DNA of 64,000 nt from Glaucostegus cemiculus (lineage: Eukaryota): contig CDPCPM010000016.1 of assembly GCA_976551045.1 (NCBI GenBank), positions 20,336,001 to 20,400,000 on the forward strand, written 5' to 3'. Shown in pieces: positions 1-10,880 of the stretch. The notes under the pieces were generated by a model. That model saw nothing but the letters and a program-made list of their open reading frames with translations, searched no databases and was not told the origin of the DNA. Made by a program: the position numbers and the translations under genes. Positions within the stretch are counted from its first letter, which is position 1. Every line of letters starts with the position of its first letter.

Positions 1-489
1 TGGCAGATCATCATTGCACCGGATTGTACCTTTAGTGAGAGCAGTGAATGAGTACAAAGTGTGTGCTTGCCAAACACAATTGGAGTTGAAGACAAATATC
101 CACCCACAAAATGGAAGAAAAATACCTAGAAATCTAGCATTCTGTGTTTTGAGCCTTCACAACACTATGGCCCAATTTAGTAGCCACCATCTTTTGCCAC
201 ATTGAAGAAAGGAAGATGGGAGATCAAGTCATTTGGACTACTAACTTTTATTTCCTAGCAGCTGTCTCAAGAGCAGGAGTATGCAATGTTAAATAAGCTA
301 ATATGGACTGAAAGCTGAGCAGTGCAAAAACGACTTTCTGAACTTTCCAGTCAATAGTGTGATTTGTGTCAGTGAATGGTGGCTAAATGGGAGCCAGGAA
401 ATCAGGGCCAGACAGTCACCAAATTTCTTTCTAATTTGCACTGCAGTTTATTTGAGAAGCTGTACATTGGACTTTTAAAATCTAATGGG

Positions 490-1029
490 ACAGAATTTGC
501 AGTTAACCAATGGTGTTTGCCACTGACATAATGAAGAACTCCCCACCATAATCCAGTGATCTCTGTGGTAAGGTTTTACTCTCTGGTGCCCATTGTTGTC
601 TGAACAAGTAATCACATTAAAGAATTCTCACTTGGCAGCAGTTTTTAATTAACTTTATTTAATGCTCTGTATAATGTTTAAAAAGACACACACATGATTA
701 AAGAGCTGGAACATCATAAATAAACTTAACTTAAAATCCCTTATCTTTTGAAATATTCATGTAAAAAAATTAGGATGCATATCCACAAAATTAATTTATT
801 TTTCAAACTAGATAGTTTCCAAGGCAGTAATTATGTCTTGGAACACTAAGACATGCTTAATTACATGAGGCCTAGGTTTATAAGCAACATAATTTCATTC
901 AGTTCAAGTGATTCCATGAAGTTCTTTCAAGCAAACTCCAAAGAGCAGACTCCACATAGTATAAGAGTAAAGACTAGTTGAATTATAAACGCCACTCTCA
1001 GCATTTCCACACTAAATTACAAACTCTGT
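490..1029. mobile_element. Possible old non-autonomous DNA element (MITE-like)
   Basis: Imperfect terminal inverted repeats ACAGAATTTGCAGTT (490-504) and AATTACAAACTCTGT (1015-1029), about 12/15 complementary; AT-rich interior; no TSD seen. Confidence 0.25.
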
Positions 1030-1164
1030 ACTAATGTTCATTGACATAGGGCTGAGTATAATTACTTGAAATGGGTCAGCACAAATCGTAGTCAAAAAGG
1101 ACAGTTAAGGGAAATCCCATTCTGAGCTGTTCAGTGCTTTCATTAATTTTATGATATGTGGACA

Positions 1165-1865
1165 TTGCCAGCAAGGTAAGCATCTATTGCCATCTTTAAT
1201 CAAAATTATCTTTTTGAACTGCTGGTGAAGGTGCTCCCACAATGTGTTGGGAAGGGAGTGCCAGCATTTAGATCCATTGACATTGAAGGAATAGTGATAT
1301 ATTTCTAAGCCAGGTCGGTGAGTGGCTTGGAGGGGAATCTGCAGGTGGTGGTGTTCCCAGAAAGAACCAAGATGGTAGAAGTCATACGTTTGAAAGGTGA
1401 TGTTGGAAAAAGTTAGGCTGCACTGTGTTTTGGAGATAACACACACTGTAGTTATGATTTGACAGTGGTGGAGGGAATGAATGTCTAAGGTGGTGGCAAA
1501 TTAAACAGGCTTGTGTTGTTGGAGCTGGACCCATCCAGGCAAGTGGAGAACATTCCATTATGCTCCTAACTTGTGCCTTGTAGATTATGGAAAGACAGTA
1601 GGGTGTTAGAAGGTGAGTCACCAAGGGAAAGATAGCCAGTCTTTGACTGGTTCTTGTACTAATGTGAAGGCTTGAGTTGAGTTTCTGATCAGTAGTGACC
1701 CCCCCAGGATATTGATGGAATGCTTTGAGTATCAAAAGTTAGTAGTTAGATCCTGTGTTGTTGGAGGTAGTCATTTCATGGCAGTAACATGATGCAAATG
1801 TTACGTTCCATTTATCAACCCATTCCTGAAAGTCTTTTAGATATTGCTGAATGCAGGTATGGGCT
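1165..1865 (-). mobile_element. Decayed L2/CR1-group LINE, 3' part of ORF2 and 3' end
   Basis: Minus-strand peptide IYKAQVRSIMECSPLAWMG resembles the post-RT 'YxxxVRSxxEY' motif. Similar sequence occurs at 17880-18270 and near 25850. Confidence 0.6.
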
Positions 1866-2139
1866 TCTTCAATAAGTGAGGCATTATGACTATATTTGAA
1901 CATTCATTAAATGTAAGTTGATAACATGTGATTTTCCTTATAAAACTGGTTCTCATTTGAATTTATTAATGTTTATGGGAGGTCATTTATATGTATGGAA
2001 TGTCCCTAAGTCAGGTATTTGTAAGCTGAGGAGGGCCTGTACTGGATTTGGCCCAAGTCATATTGTCATAGAATTACAAAGTCAAATGGCATGTAGATAG
2101 GCCCTTTGGTCCATCGAGTCCAAAGACTATAACTCTGTG

Positions 2140-2440
2140 GGAAGTTAATGTTACAGGTCTGTGGTTTTTCATCAGAACTGAGAAAAGTTCAAAATGACAC
2201 AAGTTTTATTCTGCAGGGAAAAGGGAACAAAAGGGAAGGTCTGTGACAGGAGGTTGAGTGACACAGGTGGTGATGGTGCCAGCTCAGAGGGCGGTAAGGA
2301 CATATCTGGAGGCGGTGTAAATAGGAGAATAATGAAATCTTAAATACCAGAAGTGAAGAATGGGAAGAAATCTAAATGCTCGAAATGAGAGATACAAGAC
2401 TATAAATGCTGTTTATCTGAAATTGTTGGAATCCACATTG
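2140..2440 (-). mobile_element. Penelope-like element 3' region, interrupted by a solo LTR and resuming at about 3273-3385
   Basis: Minus strand ends in LNVDSNNFR*, like the PLE endonuclease C-terminus at about 43140-43170. A degenerate hammerhead-like motif (CTGATGA...GTAA) lies at about 2143-2180. Confidence 0.55.
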
Positions 2441-2444
2441 AGTG

Positions 2445-3268
2445 TGTTACGAAGTAGCTTACTATAGGCAAATATCCCTTTAAGATGGGACATTGTGTGT
2501 GTGTGCCACGTATTACGTCAACAGAAGATAAGACTAACGTGATGACGTCATTACAAGAGAGAAAAAAGATAGGAGAGAGAGAGACAGATGGAAAGAGAGA
2601 AGAAGGAGTGATGGCAGCCTGTTTTGTTTCTGTCGATGGATGAAGGACAGTAACTGTGTTTGTCACTAAAATCCGTGGATGGATTTCTGGAGTAGTCCAG
2701 TGGAGTTCACTTTGTCGGTAACCTGTAGAAGGACACAGGTGTTTGCGTGAACAACCACATTTTGGATGCTCTTCAGAGTGGCAGATACTGTGGAACAAAG
2801 TGACGGAATTCACTTTGCTGCTAACCTGTAGAAGAACGCAGGTATTTGCATGGACAGTCAACATACAAGGAGTTTTCAGGGTGAGAAAGTCACAACTGAG
2901 TAAGCCCTGAAGTGTCGTTTGAGTTTCGAGTGGAACATTCGGATTTCGTGATTCCTCTCTAATCTCTCTCTATATCTATGTTTTGTCTTCGGTGGACAGT
3001 GCTTGTGAAGAAGCCTTTATTCGTGTCATCTTATGGCTTATTGAACTGAACTTTAAGAACTAATTCCTGGACTTGGAGTTTAGGAACTTGCCGCACACAC
3101 ACAACGAGTAGTTTTGGGGTTATAGTTTAAGATTTTAACATTTTATTGTGTACTAATATACTAACTTCTTATTCTTATTTTGCATATTATCGGATGTAGT
3201 TATTAATAAAGTAGTTTTAACACTGAAGTATGACTTGGTGTGCTTCTTTTGTTGCTGGTTTCGTAACA
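2445..3268 (+). mobile_element. Solo LTR, Gypsy-like, 824 bp
   Basis: Termini TGTTACGAA...TTCGTAACA (9-bp inverted, TG...CA); exact 4-bp TSD AGTG at 2441-2444 and 3269-3272; AATAAA at 3205-3210; internal direct repeat AACCTGTAGAAG.. at about 2720 and 2823; no internal ORFs. Confidence 0.85.
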
Positions 3269-3429
3269 AGTGCTGTAATGCATTAGGTTTGAAGATGGTG
3301 CTATTCGTTGAACTGAAGTTGAGTTTTGTTGGAGCAGTAGAAGAGGCCCAAGGCTGAAAGGTTGGAATGAAAAGAGGGTGGAGAACTAATTCTCTCTCTG
3401 TTGTATGCAGCTTTTGCAATTTAGTGCAC

Positions 3430-3900
3430 TCAGTCCTGAGTTGTAGCTCGTTGTTAGCTACACCTGGTGCTGCTCATTCATGCTGAGGTATGTTCTTCAT
3501 TTAACCAAGGTTGATCATTTAGTAATGACAAAATGAGAGATATTCAGGGCAATGAGGTCAGAGATTATAGTGAAATACAGTCCTGTTGCTGCTGATGGCC
3601 CACAGTACTGTAAGGATGCTAAGTTTTGAGTTGATAGATCTGTTGGCATTGCTGTGGAGGGTACTCTCAATAAGAAGGCAGCTCTTTGTTTCCACAGAAG
3701 TTATATATTGGTCACACTACCATTGTTGATATGGATAGATGCAAGGGATAGATTGGTGAGGATGAAGGTATGTAGGTTTAGTCCTTGTGTTGGTTAACCT
3801 ACCATCTAACTAGTCTGGCAGGTGTATTCTTCAGGACTTGCTCTGTAATGGTGCTACCAAGCCATTCCCGATGATGGGCATTGAAGTCTCCATCTGGTAT
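3430..3900 (-). mobile_element. Upstream (endonuclease-region) continuation of the L2/CR1-group LINE at 1165-1865
   Basis: The minus strand near 3880-3892 reads GDFN (APE motif); same orientation as 1165-1865; heavily decayed. Confidence 0.4.
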
Positions 3901-4699
3901 ACACTTTATTAATGTTGTGGATTGTTCAGAGCAATATTCTAAATTCTTTAAATGGATATCTGAATTTCATGGAGCGGGAAAGGACTGAAAGAAGGAATGC
4001 CAGTTAGATTTACCTGCACCAGAAAAAGCAGGGATTTAGAATGTTGGATGCAGATGTTAGTTGTCTGAACACATGCCAGTGTCATATGCCTGAGTGAGAG
4101 AGTGGGGGCTGAATGAGAAGAATGAAAGAGCTTTGGTTTTGGTTACAAGTTGCCCTGAGATTGAAGGAAATGATCAGCTTCATTCTGACTTATGATCTAC
4201 ATAACCACATGCCCCAGATTTCAATTAAGGAAAGAATGATCTGTAGTTCTTCCTGTATGGCTTGTTCCCATGTGTTGGTCACATTCCCTTTCTACAAGCA
4301 GAGAAGTAGCTTTTGGTACAGTGTAAGCAAACAACCCCTGAACTGCACCTTTGCATTTGAGAGTAAGTGGGCAAGCACAAAATTTTCCTGGAAATAATGA
4401 AGTCAGGTCAGCCCCACATCTCTTATTGCAACAATAATTTTAGTTTGAAACTGCCTTTAAGGAGTATGAGTTCCTGCAGAGCAGGCAACCTTGTTCAAAG
4501 GTGATGTTATGAGAAATGAGAACTGTAAATATTTGATTGTCTTACATAATGAAATAATCTGTATTTGGACAGGTTTAAAGAAATGGGTTTTATGCACTGA
4601 TTGTCTACCTAATTTTATCTTGGGGAAATGCTTGATACTTTGATTGTGGAAGATCTTCTGAGACTGTCTAACCTCTGCTGCTGCCTCAACTACATATCC

Positions 4700-5524
4700 T
4701 TTGGACTCATTGTGTCACATCCTCCATTGTAGTTCAAGTACAACAGGGCAAGACAAGAGACCTTTGAGCGTGGCTACATCAGGGTGTGCCTGTCACCTAA
4801 GTACATGAGCAAATGGGCAGCAAGTGTTGCTACATGCCGAGGTCCTACCTGTCCCTGGCATTGTGAAGGATAGGCCTGGCTCTGTTGCCGTGCAATGTCC
4901 CAGTTAGTTGGACATTTTCACACTGCCTGTCATTGATGGAAAAGTTCCTTCAGAAAAACACCTTGGACCACAAAACTGATCAGGCAGTGGTCAGTACGGT
5001 AAGTCCTGCAGGCACTGTGGGACAAAGACATGACTGATTCTGTGGGGTGGTCCCCTGAGCAGATGATCCAAATCATCTGGCAGAACACCTCATGGCCAGA
5101 AATCACCAACATGCACCAAATCCTCACTTGGCTGACAGTAAGGGGGACTTTTCCCGTCAGATGCTTCCTGTACGGCCAGAACATCACTTCCAATGCACAC
5201 TGCCCTCAGGACTGCTGTGATGAGGATGAGATGATTGCCCATCTCTTTGCAGACTGTATTTGCAATGAGGGTCCAGAGAAGGACACAAGGAACTTTGTCT
5301 TGGCTCATCCTAAGCAACTGTGTAACAGAGGAGTCTCTGATTTATGGACCGTTCCCAGAGATGCATAACGAGACAGACATCAAGTGCTGCTGGAAGATCA
5401 ACAACTTTGTGATCAACAACTAGATGCTCTTTGGTCAGTCCAAAACTTTTTGGTCTTCCAATACAACGAGATGTCTGTAAGTGAATGCAGCTGCTTGGTG
5501 CATTCCAGGGATGCACTGAAGATT
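4700..5524 (+). mobile_element. Tx1/L1-clade LINE, C-terminal ORF2 fragment
   Basis: Peptide IWQNTSWPEITNMHQILTWLTVRGTFPVR..CPQDCCDEDEMIAHLFADC has the zf-RVT/CCHC pattern; the VTEESLIYGPFP..CCWKINN segment matches the copy at 35527-36116. Confidence 0.75.
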
Positions 5525-5526
5525 TT

Positions 5527-5850
5527 ATAGAGGGACCATTGAGAGCATCCTGACACACTGCATCACCATCTGGTATGGGAGCTGCTCAGCTGCTGGACGG
5601 AAGTCCCTGCAGAGAATAGTGAGAGTGGCAGAGAAGATCATAGGTGTCTCTCTACCCTCTATTGCAGATATATATATGGACCGATGTGTCAGAAAGGCCA
5701 CAAACATAATGTCGGATCCTTCTCACCCCTCTTACCACCTCTTTACACTCTTGCCATCCGGAAGAAGGCTCCAGTGCATCCGGGCAAGGACTACCAGACT
5801 GTGCAATAGCTTCTTCCCACAAGCTATCAGAACCATGAACTCCCGCATCC
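5527..5850 (+). mobile_element. Rex1/Babar LINE 3' ORF fragment
   Basis: RGTIESILTHCITIWYGSC..LQRIVRVAEKIIG..DPSHPSYHLFTLLPSGRR..RTTRLCNSFFPQAIR is the typical Rex1/Babar C-terminus. Confidence 0.85.
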
Positions 5851-6384
5851 CTCATCCCTCCATCCTTCCTGCCAACACCAAAGGATGCTAGGTGTAAAAA
5901 AAATGCACCAGCACTTTAAATGTCTGTTGTCTGCTGCCTCAGTACGCTCACTTTAAGATTGTTTATTTGAGTCGCTATTTAATTTTGTGGTTCCAATGTT
6001 GTTAATGTCTTTCTGTCTTTGTGTCTCTCATTGTTTTTCAATGTGATGAGCACCTTGGTCTGTGGAGTACGGTATTTTGCTCCCATGCATGCTGAATGTG
6101 GATATTCTGATTCTGAAGGTTGGTGCAGTCAAGGCAAAAGCTTTGTGAGGGATGACTGCAGCCTAGGGTCCTTTTGCCACAAGGCATTGAGGGGCTAAAT
6201 CCAGGGCAGAAGCCTTTCAAACACTTGAAGATTACATCCTCCCTGGAGGTCACATGGGTGGCAATAGTGCTATGTACATAAAATGTTTAGAATCTACTAA
6301 TGTTTAGAACCAATAACACTGTGAATGTATAGATTGGATGACACTGTGAATGTAAACAGAATCATGCACTTATTTTGTTCTTCA

Positions 6385-6862
6385 GAGTCAAAGTCGAGTT
6401 TATTGTCATATGCACATCTACATGTATGCACAGGTGCAATGAAAAACTTGCAGCAGCATCACAGGCACATAGTGTCATATAAGCAGCATTCACAAGAAAA
6501 ACATAAACACAATTTTTATAAGAAAGAACAAAATAAAAACCAAAGTCTATTTTAGTGCAAAGTGATCATAGTGGTCATAGTGTGGCTAAACTCTAGTGAT
6601 TAGGGTTGTGCTGATTGGTTCAAGAACTGAATGGTTGAAAGGAAGTAGCTCAGAATCAGAATCAGGTTCATTATATGACATGTTGTAAAATTTGTTGTTC
6701 TGTGGTAACAGTGCAGTGCAAGACATAGAAATTACTGTAAGTTACAAAAATAAATAAATAGTGTGAAAGAGGAATAACAAAGTAACATACATGGGTTTGT
6801 GGACCATTCAGAAATCTGATGACAGGGGGGAAGAAGCTGTTCCTGAAATGTTGAGTGGGTGA
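6385..6862 (-). mobile_element. Two adjacent Rex1/Babar-related 3' end fragments
   Basis: 6385-6650 is homologous to 63325-63610. 6651-6862 encodes FRNSFFPPVIRFLNG on the minus strand and has a (GATTCT)n-type tail, homologous to 20090-20285. Confidence 0.65.
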
Positions 6863-7935
6863 AGTGAGCATATCCTGGATGCTATAAAATTTTATAGTGG
6901 AAGACTTTTGAAAACAACTTCAGCTGGGTCCCCTTGCACAGCTGAACTAATTTACCTTTTCAGATGCAAAGCAATTTCTAGGCTTAAACTTTTTGACAAA
7001 GCTTTTATTCACCTGTCTTAACATCTGATGTTAGGTGTCAGGCTTGGTATGAGCATTCATGCGGAGAGCCTTTGGGCAGTTTTCCACATTGGTGGTGATA
7101 GACAAACATAAGCTTTTGCTGCAGTTTTCGTGAATTAATAAGAAAATTCCATCTGTATCAGAGGACAATGTCCTTCCTGAAATTAGTTAACTGAATCAAA
7201 GGGTTGAAAATTGCAGCGTGGACTTTGTAGTAGAGCAGATTAAATATTGGGAATGGAAGAATTAAATAAAGGCCATCAAAATAAACATAGCAAAGGGGGA
7301 AACTAAAGGGAAGAGCTTCAATGAAATGAGACAATTAAAAATAAATGAATACACAAAGGAAGTTGTAATTAAAAGGGAACTTAATAACAGAAGTAGAAAT
7401 GAGAAAAAAAACATAAAACAAAACATTAAAAAAGAACAGGGTAGCTTTGGGTTGAGCAGTTCCATGGATGTAATGTTGAATGGCGGTGCGATCCCTTGGA
7501 AATTTGTCATTGATGTTTATTGATGCTGACTTGTTCTTGGTGATCCACTCGTTGCCTGCGATACGCTTGCTGACAACAAAATGAATGGTGGCTGCAGCCA
7601 CTTTGAGAGCTCCAACCGTGTTGGAGTGTCTCTCATGCAACCTCCCCCACCACCCCTCCACCAACCCTCACCCCATTAGCATTCGGCAAGCTCTCTGTGG
7701 CATGCCTGATCCAGCCTATATTGACTCTGTAAATATAAAATCAGATTGACCCAAGACAATTTGGTGAAGGCAGATGATCTTAACTCAAGACTTAACACAG
7801 CTCACAATGTTCCAGATTACTCACTTCAGGATTCGGATCATAAAATACACCTGTGCATTTTAACAACGTGTAATGCCAATAGAAATATTACTCATATAGA
7901 CATAACATAGGTTTTAAAATGTATTTCAAAATGCA

Positions 7936-8088
7936 GATGCGATAGTGGTGTTTAAGATGCTGTTAAAGAGAGGGAATGGAGAGATATGGATCATGTACAG
8001 GCAGAAGAGTATTAGTTTAATTTGGCATCATGTTCGGCATAGACATTGTGGGCCGAAGGGCCTGTTCCTGTTCTGCACTGTTCTATGT
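7936..8088 (+). mobile_element. CR1 LINE 3' end fragment
   Basis: GGGCCGAAGGGCCTGTT..CTGTTCTATGT 3'UTR/tail shared with the CR1 ends at about 26170 and 55050. Confidence 0.75.
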
Positions 8089-10194
8089 AAAATCATTTTG
8101 GGCCTCACAGCTTATTCTTTCACTGAATGAGGTGAAGATTTATTCAAAAAGTATTTCAGGAAGTTTATAATACTGTGTGTTGCTGTGACAAATTAAGCTG
8201 ACCTGTCCACAGCTGATCAAACTGTTTATCAGAAATTTAGCAAAATGCTAATCTCTAGTCTTAATCCTAAAGCAGAAAGAGCATCAGGATGATACTTGAT
8301 GTTTTAATAATCCTTTTAAAAGTTATTGGACAGAAGCTTGTTGTGGATGAATGGTCTTTGTTGAACTCAAACCCGATGCTGTGAGGCCCAAAATGATTTT
8401 ACGTAGTTTTGGTTTTGTTTCCATGGCTGAGTCACTTGAAGGGGGTCAATGTCAAAGCCAGGTGTATCTGTCAGGGTGGGCAGTTGGGGGTGGAGGACTA
8501 GAAAGTGAAGAAGTGGGATGAGGTGGGGCGGTAGGTCTGGGCTGGGTGGCAGGTAGGATGGTTCAAATTCATTGGGATTCCGCCAATTGAAATTTTAGAC
8601 TGGTTTCTACTTGAAATGAATCATTTTAAGAAGTAGCTTTAATTTTATTTATAGTCCAAGGAAACAATTTTGAGATGCTACTTTATCAATGTGCTGACAT
8701 TCCACAACCTATATGTAATAACATTACCTATATCCATTTTATAGCCTTATCCATTTTAAACCCCAATGGTTGCAGGCCAGTTTACATAGCTGACAATCTA
8801 ACCATTCCAATAATTGGGTGCTTATCAAATTCACAGATAATTTTACATCCACTTTTTGATTTATTGCCACTTTTCTATTTGGTCCAGACAAAGTCTTCTC
8901 GTTTTCCTCTTTTTGAGGATTTCTGTTTTCTCTTTTGTTCTCGTTGATCTTGTGCTTGTCCCTTCATGTTTATTTTATGTATTTTCTTTCCAAATATTTA
9001 TTGTTAAAACTATTAGTTAAGCAGGTTTCACTAGATGCCTTGATAAATGAATTGCCATCGTGAAATGATCCCACCCAAAACATTTACTTTTTCCCTTCTG
9101 CATATTGACTGACCTGTATATGTTTGCAGCATTTTTTTAAAGGTTCTGTCATTCACATCAGAATAATGCAAAGTTAATTTTAACTTGCTGTCAAGCATAA
9201 GGGACATCCTATCGCACACAGCTGTAAAATCTAACTCCAGAGTTTTAACAGAGTTACCATGTAGTTTGAGCATCTTTCTGAACCATTTATTGAGCAAATA
9301 TTATTAACTTGTTTTTATTAAAGTTAAGCATGAAGTTGTAAGTTATAGTTCTAAATAAGATACAGCTAATTATAAGTGAAGATTGCAAGCAAATACTTTA
9401 TTTTGGGCTTCTGTTGTTCTTTTCCTTGCTGTGACCTTCTGTTTGGCATGGGTAGGAGACATAAGTAAAGATCCGTGGTAAAGGACTGGAAAATCTCCAG
9501 ACATATCAGTCAAAGAGCACTGCAGGCTGACATGGTTGTTAGTGATCAGCTAGTGACCCTACGCCTGTTTCACTGTTAAACCACTGTCTCCACAACACCA
9601 AACCACAATCTACACAGAGGGAGATTTTCTTTTATTTTGCAAATGATGCTTGACTAGAAAGCACAATGCTGTAGACAGGTCAGTGAATGTGTGTACAACT
9701 GTTAGGAGCATGCATGACTCCATTTATGCTGTGGTATTTATTGTGAATGAGCTCTAGCTCCCTTTTTAAAACACATGAGAGACAGCCTGAATTTCAGCTA
9801 TGTGTAAGAATGTGGAGACTGTACAACCAATTTTATTTGTTCTTACTTGAGAGCGCTCAGTTACTGAATACATAGATTGATGTTCAAATGAATTAATAAA
9901 AAGCAGCTTGGAGTAAGTCACACTTTATACATACTGTTTTATAAATTCAATTCAGAATATTAAGACAATAGTCTTTAGTTTACTGTATTGGCAAGGTATA
10001 CAATTCCATTTAATAACTGAATTCAATGCAAATTAATGCAAATTCAGCTTCCCCATATTAATTTTGGATGAAAATAATTATTTTTAAAGTAAAGTTGTTC
10101 TTTAAATGCTTGGAAGTGTGTTCCAGACATGTGACCACAATCATAACTTCTGTTGCAATCCTCCTAGACACAAGCCTTTCGACAACTGAAGCAT

Positions 10195-10395
10195 AGGAAA
10201 TAGAACACAGAACAGTACAGCACAGGACAGGGTCTTCGGCCCACTATGTTGTGCTGAACTAATTATACCAATGGTTCATAATCAGTCTAATCACTCTTCC
10301 CTGCACATTGACCATATCCCTCCCTTCTCTGCATAGTCATGTGCCTATTTCAGAGTCTCTTAAACACTCCTATGCTGTCTGCCTCTACCACTGCC
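10195..10395 (-). mobile_element. CR1 LINE 3' end fragment
   Basis: Reverse complement of a CR1 tail (ACAGAACAGTACAGCACAGG..TTCGGCCC) followed by the 3' ORF end. Confidence 0.7.
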
Positions 10396-10495
10396 CAGGG
10401 GTCGTGGTCTACTCCTGCTCCTCTGATCTGTGGAGTTCCAGGCCAGAGGAGCAGAAGTAGACCACGGCCCCTCAGGCTGTTCCAGCATCCAATAT

Positions 10496-10659
10496 AAACT
10501 TTTTATACTGGCTATCTCCCCTCTATCTTTCAGTCCAGATGAAGGTTTGACCTAACGTGTCGACAGTCCATTTCCCTCCATAGATGCTGCTCAACCTGTT
10601 GAATTTCTACAGCTTTTTGTGAGTTGCTCCAAATTCCAGCATTTGCAGTCTCTTGTGTC
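10496..10659 (+). mobile_element. 5'-truncated PLE terminal fragment
   Basis: Flanked by 8-bp TSD TCCAATAT (10488-10495, 10660-10667); homologous to the reverse complement of the PLE end at 42565-42700 and 42900-42930. Confidence 0.75.
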
Positions 10660-10777
10660 TCCAATATGATCAAGGTTGATCACCCACTTCGGGACTCTGT
10701 TTTTGCCTTCACCCCTTATCTCTTGATCCCTTTGGCATTAAGGAATATACCTACCTCCTTGAATAAATTTTATGGTT

Positions 10778-10880
10778 TCCACCCTCTTCCAGTCCTGATG
10801 AAGGGTCTTGACCTGAAACGTCAACTGTTTATCTCCCTTCTTAGATGCTGCCTGACCTGCTGAGTTCCTCCAGCATTTTA
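10778..10880 (+). mobile_element. Short PLE terminal fragment
   Basis: CCTGATGAAGGGTCTTGACCTGAAACGTC..AGATGCTGCCTGACCTGCTGAGTTCCTCCAGCA, the same family as 23474, 25066 and 60021. Confidence 0.75.
10790..10827 (+). ncRNA. Minimal type I hammerhead ribozyme motif (PLE-associated, dimer type)
   Basis: CAGTC | CTGATGA | A | GGGTC-TT-GACCT | GAAA | CG | TC | AACTG. All core nucleotides are present, stem III is the palindrome ACGT, the cleavage triplet is GUC, and stem I has 4/5 pairs. Confidence 0.7.

Noticed and set aside
2400-2864. 154-aa minus-strand ORF
   Set aside because: Lies across the solo LTR and its GA-rich tract; no recognisable domain.
6281-6354. Short tandem duplications (AATGTTTAGAA x2; ACACTGTGAATGTA x2)
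   Set aside because: Ordinary slippage-type duplications.
8474-8550. G-run cluster (possible G-quadruplex); also 42750-42870
   Set aside because: Irregular loops with no functional context; the second lies in the PLE 3' region.
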